63,717 bases of DNA, from NCBI GenBank assembly GCA_013265495.1, contig MU063896.1:15805423-15869139 (forward strand). The letters are read 5' to 3'. Every line of letters begins with the position of its first letter. Positions within the stretch are counted from its first letter, which is position 1. This DNA is from Vicugna vicugna (taxonomy: Eukaryota). Below the pieces are notes generated by a model. The model did no database searches. It was not told the origin of the DNA and was given only the letters and a program-made list of their open reading frames with translations. Positions 49,000 to 60,928 of this stretch are shown here, one piece after another. The position numbers and the translations under genes are program-made.

Positions 49000-49950
49000 C
49001 CTGCTTGTGTTGTTTTTATGTGTCTGTGTTCCTTATTAAATTTCAAATCAAATCTATTTTCTCTTGGGCATCTTATAACTTATTTTTCAGTTCTGAAGAA
49101 AGAATCCTTTTGTCTTTTTCTTCATTTTCTTGAATTCAGTCAACTCTCACTGCATTTCTTCCCTTTTTTGTTCTTGTTCATATCCGATGTTAACTTTTGT
49201 ATTTCTAATTCTAGAGTTTGTTTTTAATTCTGCAAGTGCTTGTGTGAGGATACTTAATTCAGTTTGGAATGTGGTGTTACAGTTTTCTTCTGCTTCATGG
49301 TTTTGGGTGGGGAGAATTTTCAGCAGCTGTTTGATTTTTGTGCTGCTATTTTTCATTGGTAGGCATTTCATGGGTTCAGGGGCTCTCATTGTTGTCAGAG
49401 GCACATTTCTTCAGAGATGATGGTGGTGATGGTGAGGGTCTGGGTTGCCCCCCCTTCATTTCTCCTTCCTTCACTGCCATGGCACTACTCCTTCCTTTAT
49501 TCCTTTCTCTTCCAGAAGCAGCACTTCTCTGAGGTCTGTGGCCTCTCTCACTTTCCAGCCCTTGCTCTACATGCAGCTGGTGCTGAGAACTACCAGTCTC
49601 AGACCTGTGTGTGGTATGTGGGCACTCAGTGCAGGACTTTATTTCCCTCCATGGGGTTGACTTTGTTTCTATGCCATCTCCATGCCCCTGTTCTCCTTTT
49701 CACAGAGCTTCCCGCTCTTCACACCCACTGGTTTGAGCAGCAGCAGCAGGAACTGTGTTGGAAATTGGTGTTTATTTCTCCATGGACAGGGACTTTGAAG
49801 TTTGTGATATTCTCTGTCCCTAATAATGCTTAGTGGCTTGGGTCTCGTGATGACATTTGCCCTCTTGTTGATTTGTGGTCTTTGGGGAAGAATGTGTAGA
49901 GAAGAGAGATTTGGGTCCATGCAGCTGCTATCATCCTCCAAACCTGAGAG
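49000..49950 (-). mobile_element. L1/HAL1-type 5' region with ORF1-like remnant
   Basis: Antisense T-rich L1 pattern; ORF 49147-49404 (-) has coiled-coil-like ELSILTQALAELKTNSRIRN. Confidence 0.45.
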
Positions 49951-49974
49951 TTCCTGCAAGGAAAGTTACATTCT

Positions 49975-50065
49975 CCTCACTTTTAGGTGACAGAACCAAG
50001 GCTAAGAAAAGCTAAGTGACTTGGCCAAGATTGCACAGATAGTAAGTACCAGGACAAAAGAAGAT
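49975..50065 (-). mobile_element. MIR fragment
   Basis: aaccaaggctaagaaaagctaagtgacttggccaagattgcacagatagtaagt. Confidence 0.7.
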
Positions 50066-50639
50066 TTTGTTATTTTGCTTATATCAGAAAAAGGTTAATC
50101 CCTTGTGAAGTTTATTGATTATTTAGATGAGGGGCAATGTAAATTTCCTTGATAAATATAAGAGTACTATGGGGAAGTAAAGGTCCTCTGAAAATGTTTA
50201 ATGTTTCCTGAAAAGAAATTTCAGGTTCATTTTGTAGGTGTGATGGTATGTAAATACATACAAACAGAAAGTTTGTGTGGCTTTCTCTTTCTACAAGGAA
50301 ATGAATTTTTTTCTATGATTTTTCTCTCAGTGCAAATTGTTAAAGATCAGCAAAGAATGTAGTTCAACTCATAACCCTGCTGTTCATTGTTTTCAGATCA
50401 GAAAAGGACAGCCACTGGTGGAGAACACGGTTCTATTTCATTAAGGAAGGATCAGGGAAATACTGCTCTCTGTGCATACGGTTGTGTCGGCTTCCTTTTA
50501 ATGTGAGGAGGAGGATGGAGACATTTGTGTCAAATCTTCAGTCTCTGTGTTTCTCTTGAGCTTTGGTTTGGGAATTTGAGGAAAAGAGTGGCGGGTATTT
50601 TTGAGGAAGAGATGAGAGTTCTCTGGTTTGTTTCATTTT

Positions 50640-51040
50640 CTATCATACAAGTAACGTCTACTCACGCTGGTATTTGAAAAGCAAAAAAGTATGAAGAAAG
50701 AAAAAAGTCACCTAAAATCTTATTATCCAGAATTAACTGTTGTTAATTTTCTGGTATTGTTTGCCCTGCTGGTGCTTTTTTTTTTTTTCTATTGTGTCTT
50801 TTTTCAAACAAAATATTGTGCATGCTAGTTTGTAGCCTCCTTTTTTGACATGCTGATAAGATGTGAACATTTTTCCAATAAATCATCTATGGCATGGTAT
50901 TTAATAGTTGTACATTTATTCTGTTACATAGATGTACCATCCTTTTACCTAACCAGTCTGCTATTTTTGATTTAGGTTGCTTAGGTCATTTTTGCTGTTA
51001 ATAGCTTTATAATGAATGTTCTTGCAAGTATATTTTTGTA
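50640..51040 (-). mobile_element. L1ME-type 3' end
   Basis: aaaaaagtcacctaaaatcttattatccagaattaactgttgttaatttt...taaccagtctgctatt...atgaatgttcttg. Confidence 0.7.
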
Positions 51041-51549
51041 TATACTTCTCATACGTAGAGTTACTGACTTCCCTGTTAAGATTGATTGTTGTTTTTCTGT
51101 TTGGAGAAATATACTAAAATATATAGAACCTTTGTATATCTATTTACTTTCCTTTAACTTTTCAGTATTTGTTTTGTGTTTGAGTTTACTCCCTATAGGC
51201 TCAGTCCTTGACTCTCAGTTTTCCTTCCTCCAGGCTTGCTTCTGCATCAAATTATTTTGTTTTCTGCAACTTTGGATGCCATCTCTGTGCTGTTGACACC
51301 CAGTCACTGACCTTTTAGCCAATTTATAAGTAAATCTTCAATTGCTATTATAGTATGTCTAACTAGCTGTTTGATTCATAGTCCTGCAGCAGCATACGCA
51401 GACCCTGAGCATGCATGATCCTTCCCACTCCCCCAGCAGGAGAGAGTTCTGAGCTGCAGGGCCGAGTTAATCTAACTGCCTACTGGACACCTTTCCTGAG
51501 GTCACCGATAAGACATTTCAAACTTCAAGTACAGAGTTGTAACCATAGC

Positions 51550-51705
51550 TGCTAAAGTTTTATTGAGATTATTGTGTGCCAGGAATCATGCTGTTTTACT
51601 GTACATGCAGTAGCTTATTTTCTCACAACAGCCATATAGGTGGTCCCATAATTCCCACCTTATAGATGATGAGAACAGAGGCTTACAGAGAACCTAGTAA
51701 ATCTC
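51550..51705 (-). mobile_element. MIR SINE
   Basis: tgtgtgccaggaatcatgc...ctcacaacagcc...cccaccttatagatgatgagaacagaggc. Confidence 0.8.
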
Positions 51706-51734
51706 AGTGTACTCTTTACAGATCTGCTGTGTGT

Positions 51735-52615
51735 TTTACAAAATGGAATTCTTGATGCTTCACCCTACAGTGTCTTCCCAAAGTATTTCTTATCTTGGCT
51801 AATGGTGCACTGTAGTCCAGGAGCTCATGCCTGAAAATTAGATACCTTGGTACTTCTTTCTCCCTCATTTATCCTTATCCCCTGTTGATGCTACCTTCCA
51901 AATATATCTTGAGTAATGCCACTGTTCTGCACACCTGCTGCAACCCCCCACCCCGCCGCCCCTAAAGCAGGCCACCACCATCTCCTGCCTCAACAGTGCC
52001 TAGCCCGTGCTTCTCCTCTTGCTCCTCAGGACTAGTCCCCACACACAGGATGGTCTTTTAAGAATGCAGCTCTAACCCTTCATTCCCCTGTTCACAGCCT
52101 CCTGTTGGACTCAGGGCGAATACAAGTCCCTGCTCTGATTTGGAAGGCCGCTGCTTCTCTTCCCAGACTCACCCTCGCCTCCCTTGACCAGGCCACACTG
52201 TCTCGTCCTTGAGGCTTCTGTACCTGCTCTTCCTTCTGCCTGGAATGCTCCTCAGCTCCTTCTTCACCTGAATAACTCCTGCTCCTCCTTCCGGTTTCTT
52301 TTTAAATGCTCCTTCTGCTGAGCAGAAGCCTTCTCAGATCTGTGATGTCAGTGAGGATTCCCCCTTACGCTCTCAGCCCCAGCTCTTCACCTTCACCAGA
52401 CCAAGCATAGTTTATAGACTCATAATCTTAGACTGAGATTCATTTGTAATATAATCTTAGACTCTGAGGGATTACTTATCTGATATCTTCCTCCCCCCAC
52501 CGCCCCACCTGTCAGTGCCCTGGGAAGCCTGGGACTGTGTCTATTTGTTCACCTTTGAGCCTCAACCCTAAGTACAATCCCTGGCAGATAAGGAGACATT
52601 CGTCAAATATTTGAA
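51735..52615 (+). mobile_element. L2 LINE 3' portion
   Basis: aaaatggaattcttgat...caggccaccaccatctcctgcc...ccttctgcctggaatgctc...ggactgtgtctatttgttcacc. Confidence 0.85.
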
Positions 52616-53690
52616 TTTAAAAAAAAAGTATAAACATACTGAGCTCTGGCTGCACATTGCTGTGAGGTGAGCTGGGATGTCTTTTTCTTTGCCCAGGGAT
52701 GTGGGTGTGTATTTGATTCTCCGTTGGTCCAGGGGGAGCCTAAGGACTTCAGGCCTGGGACCTACCTTTAGGCAAACAAGGAAGTGGTGGGCTCAGGGAG
52801 TAAAAGATGGTATATAATGGGGGAATAAGACCCAAAGCCATATAGAAAGAGCCACAGCCCTGCTTCTGTCCCGGTAGGACAGCCCACTGTGATCCTAGTA
52901 GGGGCTGAAGGCTGGGATTAGACCCAGTTCTTAAAGTTTTTATCTGATAAACTACCTACTCTGTCAATATTGTAAAGTCAAACTTAGCAACAGTTACTAC
53001 GGGTCATTTTTCTTCTTCTTCTTCTTGCTCCTCTCGACTCAAGGAGTATCTATGTTTAATTTTCTGTAGTATAAAATTTCATTACCTGTGTGTGCCAGAT
53101 CCGCCTACAAGGGCTTTCTATGGGAGCAGAAAGGAGATTACAAGGGGCCCTTCATGGTTGGTCACTGCAGAGGAGGCGGTGTTCAGCAAGAGCCTCCCAG
53201 AAACCATCGTGTGTCATTCTGGCCATCAGATCTGTCCTCCAAGGCACCTGTGTCGGGATCTCTTAAGGCTCACGGTAGTTTTGGATTTGAAGGCAGTTGT
53301 TCTTTCTGATCACACTCTCTTCCTGCCCGAAGCAGTGAAGCCACAGAACTATGTTGATTTAAATTCTAAATTTCTGTAACAGCGACAATACCCTCATAGG
53401 CACTGGTGACAAATGAAGATGATTTCTGTATTCCTGTTCTACTGCATTTTCCTCATCAGACTACAGATAACGGTGGCAGCAGCCATAGTATATGTGTGCT
53501 TATCATTGTGTTATTTCGCCTTTTGACATGCTGGGCTCTGAGCAGAAAGAAATGTGCTTTTCATATTTCCATGCCTGTAGATTTATCCTTTGGATTCTTA
53601 AGAATATCTGAGACTGAAGAGCTGTGTTCTGTTGAAACTACACTTGACCAGATGAGCTACTACACCAAAAATGTTCCCTGGGCACTTGAA

Positions 53691-54378
53691 TGTGGATTCT
53701 GGTCGTCGTGGGTTTTGTGCAGCAAAAGTCCCACCGCAGAAGAACAAGATTACTCAAGACTTTATTAAGTCAAGAGAGTGAGAGGAAGCTGGAGACCAAC
53801 TCCGCGAGCTCCTCCAAAGCTCTTGTATTTACTGAGAATAGTCAAACAAGGAATCAAAGTGAAATATGTCATAGGAATGAGTAAGGGGCATAGTGTACAG
53901 TGCAGGGATGCAGGTGAGCAGTTTTAGTTCATGCAAAACAGAAACATTATAATCTTAATTTATACTTAGAGAGAAGGTTGCAATATTAATAGTACAAACG
54001 GTTACTTTAAACCTCAAACAATCATGAGCAAGGTTACAGTGTTCCAAATAATTGATAACCCAGACCACCACAGAGTCTCTATACAATGATCAGAAATCGT
54101 CTAAGCATGCGAAGCAGCTCAGCTGTTCCTAGGTAAGGGCTACGTCACAATCTTCTGTGACCATCCACCTATGCCTGACAAGCGAAGCATGTCCTGCTGG
54201 TTAGGGCAAGGGACGAGTTATGGTTTTCCATAAGCACAAGCAGCCCTGAATCTGTGACCTTGAACTAAGCAAAGCGAGCAAAGCATGTCTGCTTTTTAAG
54301 GCAAGGAGACAGTTTGTAGCAGATTCCTCAGATTCCTGCTAGCAAAGCAGCTTCAAGGCAACTAAGCTAAGTTCCACA
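53691..54378 (-). mobile_element. Well-preserved 688-bp ERV solo LTR, probably lineage-specific
   Basis: Inverted termini TGTGGA...TCCACA, minus-strand AATAAA (53761-53766) and TATA-like GTAAATA (53826-53832), retained CpGs; no perfect TSD. Confidence 0.7.
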
Positions 54379-54493
54379 GATAAGGTGGTGACTGGTATTG
54401 AGAGTTTAGTGCTTTTGAATATTTTGCCTTGAAGTAGCAGTATAATGACAAATATAGAAAGCATTCGTCTTGATTATACATTTCTTATGTGCT

Positions 54494-54525
54494 TACATAA
54501 AGGTGAGAATACATAAAGGTGAGAA
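54494..54525. repeat. Perfect 16-bp tandem duplication
   Basis: tacataaaggtgagaa x2. Confidence 0.95.
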
Positions 54526-54754
54526 TATGATTTGGTAAAAGCAACTATTACAATATCAAAGTTTGTTAACCCAAGTTTGTGCTCCCACACTTGGAGATTG
54601 CAAGGGCTCAGTGGTTGATAGCACTGGAAATAATTTCTGCATTGGAAAGATACCATCCATTTTTTAAAAAGTGTTGCCCAAAAGGTGTAGAGCCTTGAAT
54701 GTTGCCACTTCATTTCTCCTTTTTAAAAATGGGGTTAATGTTAGTCAGTTACAG

Positions 54755-54968
54755 CAGGGATTGGCTAAATTTATAGGAGGTCCAGGTAGTAAATATTAGG
54801 ATGTTCATGAGGCATACAGTCTGTTGCCAGCCACTCAGCTCTGCTGTCCTAGTGTTGAAAGCAGCCAGAGATTACTACAAAGATAAATGGGCATGGCTCT
54901 GGGCCAATAAAACTTCTTACAAAATAAGCAGAGGGCAAGATTTGACCCATGGACCATAGTTTGCTGAA
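54755..54968 (-). mobile_element. MER58A hAT MITE
   Basis: gtagtaaatattagg...cactcagctctgctg...aaagcagccagag...ccaataaaacttcttacaaaa...gacccatggaccatagtttgctg. Confidence 0.9.
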
Positions 54969-55938
54969 ATAATTAGCATAATTGCCCAAACCAAAATAGT
55001 TAAAGCAGGGGAGAAGACTTGAGGGAAACAAAAAATAGACTTTTGCTCTCACATGGTCAGTGCCTAAACTCAGATTTTAGAGAGGAGCTCGGGGGTCTTT
55101 GTTAAACAGCTATGACTGAGTTAGATGCTGTCTATATGGAACTAACACATAGGGCATTTGAATGGAACTAAATTTAGATATGCAGAGACATAAATCCTAC
55201 CCCATTCCTTATGATTAACGCTAATACTGTAGACTGTCTTTGGTCAGCATGAATTAGATGTCTGCTGTTCCTTCCTTCCTGGCTTGATGAGATCATGGCA
55301 CAACTCTGTCTCAGAATAATTTTGGATCTTTACTAAAATAATATGAGCTTCTGGTAAGCAGTACATCAAGGATTACCATGTGTGATCATGGTCCCTGGTG
55401 CGATCAGTATGAGAGCACTGGTTTCTCTGTAACTCCTAAACATTTCTGATGTAGAGCACTGTGAACAGAATTTATAGAAGGTGGCAAATACTAGGAAACA
55501 TTCAGATCACTGTGTCAGAGTAGTTGTCACCATTGATGAGTTGTGAGAAAATAGTTTCCAGGAATTGCTTTTGAAGAAGTAGAAATGAGCAACAAATTGA
55601 GTTGATCGGTCGTATTTTTGTGTGTGTGAGGAAACTTCTTCCAGGTGACATGAGAATTTCAGACATTGATGACTGAATTTGATATGGGTGAAGGTTTGTT
55701 AGTAGTTCAGTAGTTTGATGGAATTTTAGATCTGGTCCAGCCCTTTCCACATCACAGTTGGGGCAGTTGAGACTAGCTCAGTAATACCATCATGCTCATT
55801 TTCTTATTTTGCTGCATTATCTACATGCTTTATATTCTGAAGGGTTACATTCAGATCCAGCAAATCGAAAATGGATATAACAGTTAGTGTTATATTTTTT
55901 TACATGCACGTTGATTTTATCCATCATTGTAGTGGAGA

Positions 55939-56143
55939 TAGGGCTGCCAGTTGCCATATTTAGCAAATAAAAATATAGGTCACCAAGCTAAGTTTGAACT
56001 CCAGACAAACAAGGGATCTTTTTTTTTTTTGATAAAAGTGTAGTGTTAAATGCAATATTTGAGACATACGTACGCTAGAAGATTCCTTGTTTAATTAACA
56101 TTCAGATTTAACTAGATGCCCTGTATTTTATTTGGCAACTCTA
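55939..56143. mobile_element. MER53 palindromic MITE
   Basis: tagggctgccag...tttagcaaataaaaata...gccctgtattttatttggcaactcta, self-complementary arms. Confidence 0.88.
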
Positions 56144-56244
56144 CTGAGAGCATACCAGATGAAAATTGAGAAAGACTATCCATGGTGGCAACCAGAGTAG
56201 GCTGTTTTGCGAATCCTAGCACCTACCTGGGGCTCTTCTTATGA

Positions 56245-56360
56245 TTTTAATTTCCAGGTGCATACCAGAGACTGAACCAGTAGGACTGGGGTGGGGTTCA
56301 GGTATTAGTATTTATAGACAGTGTTCCCCAGGTGATCATGCAGAGCTTTGGGGTCTACTG
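56245..56360. mobile_element. MER5A fragment
   Basis: gactgaaccagtaggactggggtggggttcagg...ccccaggtgatc. Confidence 0.7.
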
Positions 56361-57806
56361 TTTTGTAATATTCATTTGCTGATGCTGTCTGGAACAGAAG
56401 TTTTCAAGGAGGTAGCTCTCTGGTCTCAATACCATTACCCTCCACTGGCTGAGACCTGTAAGAGTTTTGCTCCATTGATTGGGTGGTTGTGTACTACAGA
56501 AGTTGTCTTGAGGCTTACTTACCAAATTACTCAGCCCCTCACCTTCATTTCCTTCATATTACAGTGTGATATCAGGGCCTGGGTTTAGAGGAGAAGTGGG
56601 AACAGACTTGATAAAGTGAACTGATTTAGAGGAGGGGGTGACAGAGGAATGGTTCAGTCTAAAATCCTGTAGAACTTTCTTTCAAACTTCCTGCTCTTTC
56701 TCACTAAATTCCTTTGTTTTCCCACTTGTCAGTGTTTCTTTCTGAATGATAGAACTTTAGAGTTAGAAACGATCTTTGAAGAAGTTATCTGGTCAAGAAT
56801 CCATGGAATGAATCCATTCAAGCCTTAGTATTCACATCATCCTGTGGTTTGACCTTTATGTCGGATTTCTCTGCTACAAAAGGGAGCAAGCAGAATCTAG
56901 TAGAAACAGTTGAGAAGCTCAGCTCCTTGATTTGGTGGACCACATGGGCAGTTAAGTGGTTTCATGGACATTGAGAAGCTGCGCTTTTTTGGCAGAAAAG
57001 CTATACAGCTCTGTGATGTTTTGGAGGGGGAAAAAAAAGGAAGGTGCTGGTGTTTAGAGAAATCAGCATAGCCTCTTGGAGGAAGGATCCCTTCCATGAA
57101 TAGGAGATGTTAAACTGTAAGGGGAAATGCAAGCTTAGAACCTAACTTTAATTAGATTGTGAAGGTTTTGCTAACAGGGTAATAGCTGGAGTGGGGGTCT
57201 TAGCTTCAAGTCTTGATTTTTCTTGAATTGACCAGCCTGTTCACTGAGGAGCGGTGTAATGTGCTCTGCTGTAACAAAGGGATAAGAAGTGAACAGTGTC
57301 AATTATATTTTTTGGTTAGCAGTTTCATAAACAGCAGCTCAGATGGTCTTCCTTGGGCCGTCCTGAAACCCAGTAGTTGGCAGGATTGGCTGGTAGTTTT
57401 TAGGAAAGTCATATGGAAAAAAATGGACATGGCATTTGAGGCCACTTGAGCAGTGCACCAAGTCATTCATTTCATGCAAAACTAGAGGCTGTGATAGAGA
57501 GCGGAACTGAAAGGAACATGTTTTCCTAAAACAGATCTTAACACAGCGGAGCACTGTAAGTAGGCGTTTGGTACATATGTCTATTATTTGAAGATAAGAT
57601 TAATGTAAGAGAATTTATCCAGGTGATCTTCTTATATTTTTGAACAAGATTGTATGTGCTTTTTAAAAACATCTCTTTGGCATGCTTATTTACTTTGAAA
57701 ATTGGACCAACAACCACACACCAGGCCAACCTGTCTGTCTTCTCAGGGTACACCCTGACTCTTGGAAATTAGGTTGGGACATTAGGGTAGAATTACATCT
57801 GGAAAA

Positions 57807-57854
57807 CTCTCTCTCTCTCTGTCTCTGTCTCTCTCTCGCCCTCGCTCTCTCTCC
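57807..57854. repeat. Imperfect (CT)n microsatellite
   Basis: Read directly. Confidence 0.9.
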
Positions 57855-58489
57855 AGCTTGTATTTTGTGGTGGTTGTAACTAAGTTTAGCCTAATAGACA
57901 AGTTTTTAAAAGTAAATAAATAAAAGCCCATATGTCCACTGGGCTTCCTTGAGTTGAATGTATATATTCATTGGGGAGCCAGGTGTTAAGAAGTCTAGTT
58001 TTCCAATTTATAAGTGTAATCAATTTGCATGAAGAATTTAATGTTTCTTATCCCTAATGTGATTTTTATATGAACTAATGAACATTGTTCTTGATGGTCA
58101 AGCTTCAGTGGATTTTATAAGGGTTGATTCTCAGTTTTGAACATGTGAATTATCTACATCATTTAAAATCCTAAACCATCTTCCTTCTGTGATGTGGTCT
58201 TAGGCATCTTCTCTCAGCCATCAAGTCGAAGTGTGCACTCAGACTTCTAAAGGACAAAATTTTCACACTATTGCCCAAAATAAATCATATAGTACATCTT
58301 GTCACCACATATGAATAGCATTTATGTTATCCATACTTTTGACTTATCAGTTCTATTACTGTTTTTTTTTCAGGCAAAAATTATTGAAAAACAAATAGAT
58401 ACACCTCATGTTTCTGTTGAAAGAAATATATTAATGCTCTGTTCTACTGGTCCAGGGTGGAATGTGATCCATTAATAATGACAAATCTT

Positions 58490-58715
58490 CATTATTATTA
58501 ACTTTCTATATTTATACATTATTTCACAGTTTAGAAGTTACTTTTGCAGCCATTGTCTTTCTTGATACTTAGCAACAACCCAGGGTTATTTTGAGTGAGG
58601 TGTGCTGGGATCATTATTTCCAGCTTATAGGTTAATAAAACGAGGTTCAGAAAGGTGGAGCTTTGCCCAGAGATCTAACCACTACTAAGTAATACAGAGG
58701 GGATGAAAGTTCTAG
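58490..58715 (-). mobile_element. MIR SINE (degraded)
   Basis: agcaacaaccc...attatttccagcttataggttaataaaacgaggttcagaaagg...ttgcccagag. Confidence 0.65.
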
Positions 58716-58717
58716 TT

Positions 58718-59172
58718 TTTTTTTAAAGACCTTTAGCATGAGTTTCGAACATGTACAAAGTGAACAGAATAGTACAGTGAATCCCCATGTACTCATCACC
58801 CATCCTCTACAGTTATCCATATTCTGTCATCTTATATCATCCATACCTTCACCAGCTCTTACCCCTACATGCTAATGATGGTGGTTTTTTATCATTTTTT
58901 AAAATAAAGTTTACATACACTGAAAAGCACTAATCTTAGCTATATCGTTTTGACAAACGAATATACCTATGTAACTTACACCCCTATCGTGATAATTCCG
59001 TCTCCCAGAAAGGTCCTTCATGCCTCCTCTCAGGCACCTCCCCACCCATCTTAAGTAACCACTGTTGTGATCCACACCCCCAACCTGATGCTAATTTGCT
59101 TGTTTGTGAACTCTTTATACGAGTGAAATCTCTCAGTCTGGCTTCTTTTGTTCAGCATCATGGCTGTGAAGC
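58718..59172 (-). mobile_element. Two adjacent L1M 3'-end fragments
   Basis: aacatgtacaaagtgaacagaatagtacagtgaatccccatgtac and aaagtttacatacactgaaaagcactaatcttag...gtaaccactgtt...ctggcttcttttgttcagcat. Confidence 0.75.
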
Positions 59173-60459
59173 TCTCTCTCTCGACCTTGAGTTTAGTGCT
59201 GTTTGTTGAGATATATCTTCATCTCATAGTTACAGAAAGGTGATTCCTTAAATGATAACCTGAGAAAACTCAGGCTCTTGTCTCATGTCATCATTGTTTG
59301 AGCTCATGTTAGAGACACGCGGTTTTTCTCTGCGTGCAGAGAGCCCTGCATTCTCTTCAGTGACAGAGCTGATTGTTCCGAAGGTCGTTGGGGAAAGAGG
59401 TGCTGCACCGTGAAGAAGTTTGCTGACTCAGTCACTTGCTTATCAGGCGAGTGTCCTCACCCCCCAGGCCCTTGCCTGATTTCTCCTAATGGGTCTGCCT
59501 GTATGTTCTTGGAGCGCTCTTGATCAAATTCCATTCGAGGTTGTGCTGATTTTTTAAGGTCAAATACTGATAATTTTAAGATCCAGAAAGCCATTTACCT
59601 GTCTTGTCATTTTTAATTGAATTTCTTAATGGTCCAGTTTTGCTAATTAAGTAGAAGAGAAATGATCAAAATAGTAGCGAAATTACTGTACCCAGAGCTT
59701 GCATTTCATTTCATTTTATTTAAAAGAAATCAGCAAGGGTTCAACAGAATTAAATCCAAATGTGTTTTCCGTCTGTAGGGAATTTTCTTTGAATTCTTTA
59801 ACTCAATGATCTCTATTTTAGGTTAGAAAAGGACAACATAGACAAAAAATAAGAAGCAAAATGCCTTTTACTTTTAGCTTTTAGGGAAAAAATGTGTAAG
59901 AATTTATATAGGAAAAGCTCTTAAGTAGAGCAGTGAACCCAGCAGTGAACTAATTTATAGGTGCCTCTGGCTTCTTTGACAGGCAGCAATTTCTTTCCCA
60001 AAGAAAGTTTATACACTGATGTTGCTGAATGACTCGTATTTTGTTTAACTGATTGGAAAGAAGAGAGCTTGAAAGGTAAAAATAACTTTGACTTTATTCC
60101 CTTTGCTGTTTGTTTTAAGTTTGAGTCAAAACTGAATGACTCGTTTCCCCACATTAAAATTTTAAAGGCTGTGACTGGCTTCTGGTAATCATAACAGCCA
60201 TTGATGATCATTGCCAGGATTTCATTCATTCCTTAGGAAATGCAGAATGGTAATCTTCTAATTCTATCATTTGTTCTTCAATTATTAGCTGGAATAATGA
60301 TTAGCTTCTATAAAGAGAAACTGTGCTTTATCAAGGCCTCAACTATCCTGAGGTATGGCTTGTAATAGAAAAGCAGGATAAATGCTGATTTTCTTCCTTA
60401 CTTTATCACTTTCAAAATGAGTTGATTAGCTGGCCTCCTCTACAGGTGACCAATAATTT

Positions 60460-60928
60460 TTTTTTAAATCATACTGAACTTTTGGATTTAAATACATTTA
60501 ATATATTCAACCCATTTGCAGTAATTATTTTATTTAATGATCAAATTGTCTGATTTTTGGCCAGGGGAGCCTCTTCCAGTTGGCTTCTGAGCTGTATGTA
60601 TGTATGTATGTATGTATGTATGTATCAATCAATCGTCCATTTATCTTTCTATTTATTTATAACATGGTCCTACTAGTCTTTGATAGGAAGACGTTCCTCA
60701 CTCATTGTACTGTTTGTTCCCAGACTGGAAATCAGCCATTTCTCCAAGAAGCTCTGGTTCCTTTTAATGGAAACTGTATTTCAAGACACAATATAAACAC
60801 TAGTGGTGGTGACTGCTACTTAGCTGGTTATTATTTATAGGTTTATACAAAGGATAAAGTTAGAAAATTTTACCTTCATATAAATTGCTTCATGAGTTCA
60901 TATTGATCCTTCCAATTCAAATTGAAGA
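60460..60928 (-). mobile_element. L1MC4/5-type 3' UTR fragment
   Basis: gatcaaattgtctgatttttggccaggggagcctcttccagttggcttctgag...ggaaatcagccatttctccaagaagctctggttccttt. Confidence 0.85.
60593..60624. repeat. (TGTA)8 microsatellite followed by (TCAA)n
   Basis: Read directly. Confidence 0.97.

Noticed and set aside
52720-52742. CTCF-like GGTCCAGGGGGAGC
   Set aside because: Only 10 of 14 positions match the core consensus, with mismatches at informative positions
55939-56143. Long hairpin as a possible miRNA or structured ncRNA
   Set aside because: Explained by the palindromic MER53 MITE; no independent evidence of processing
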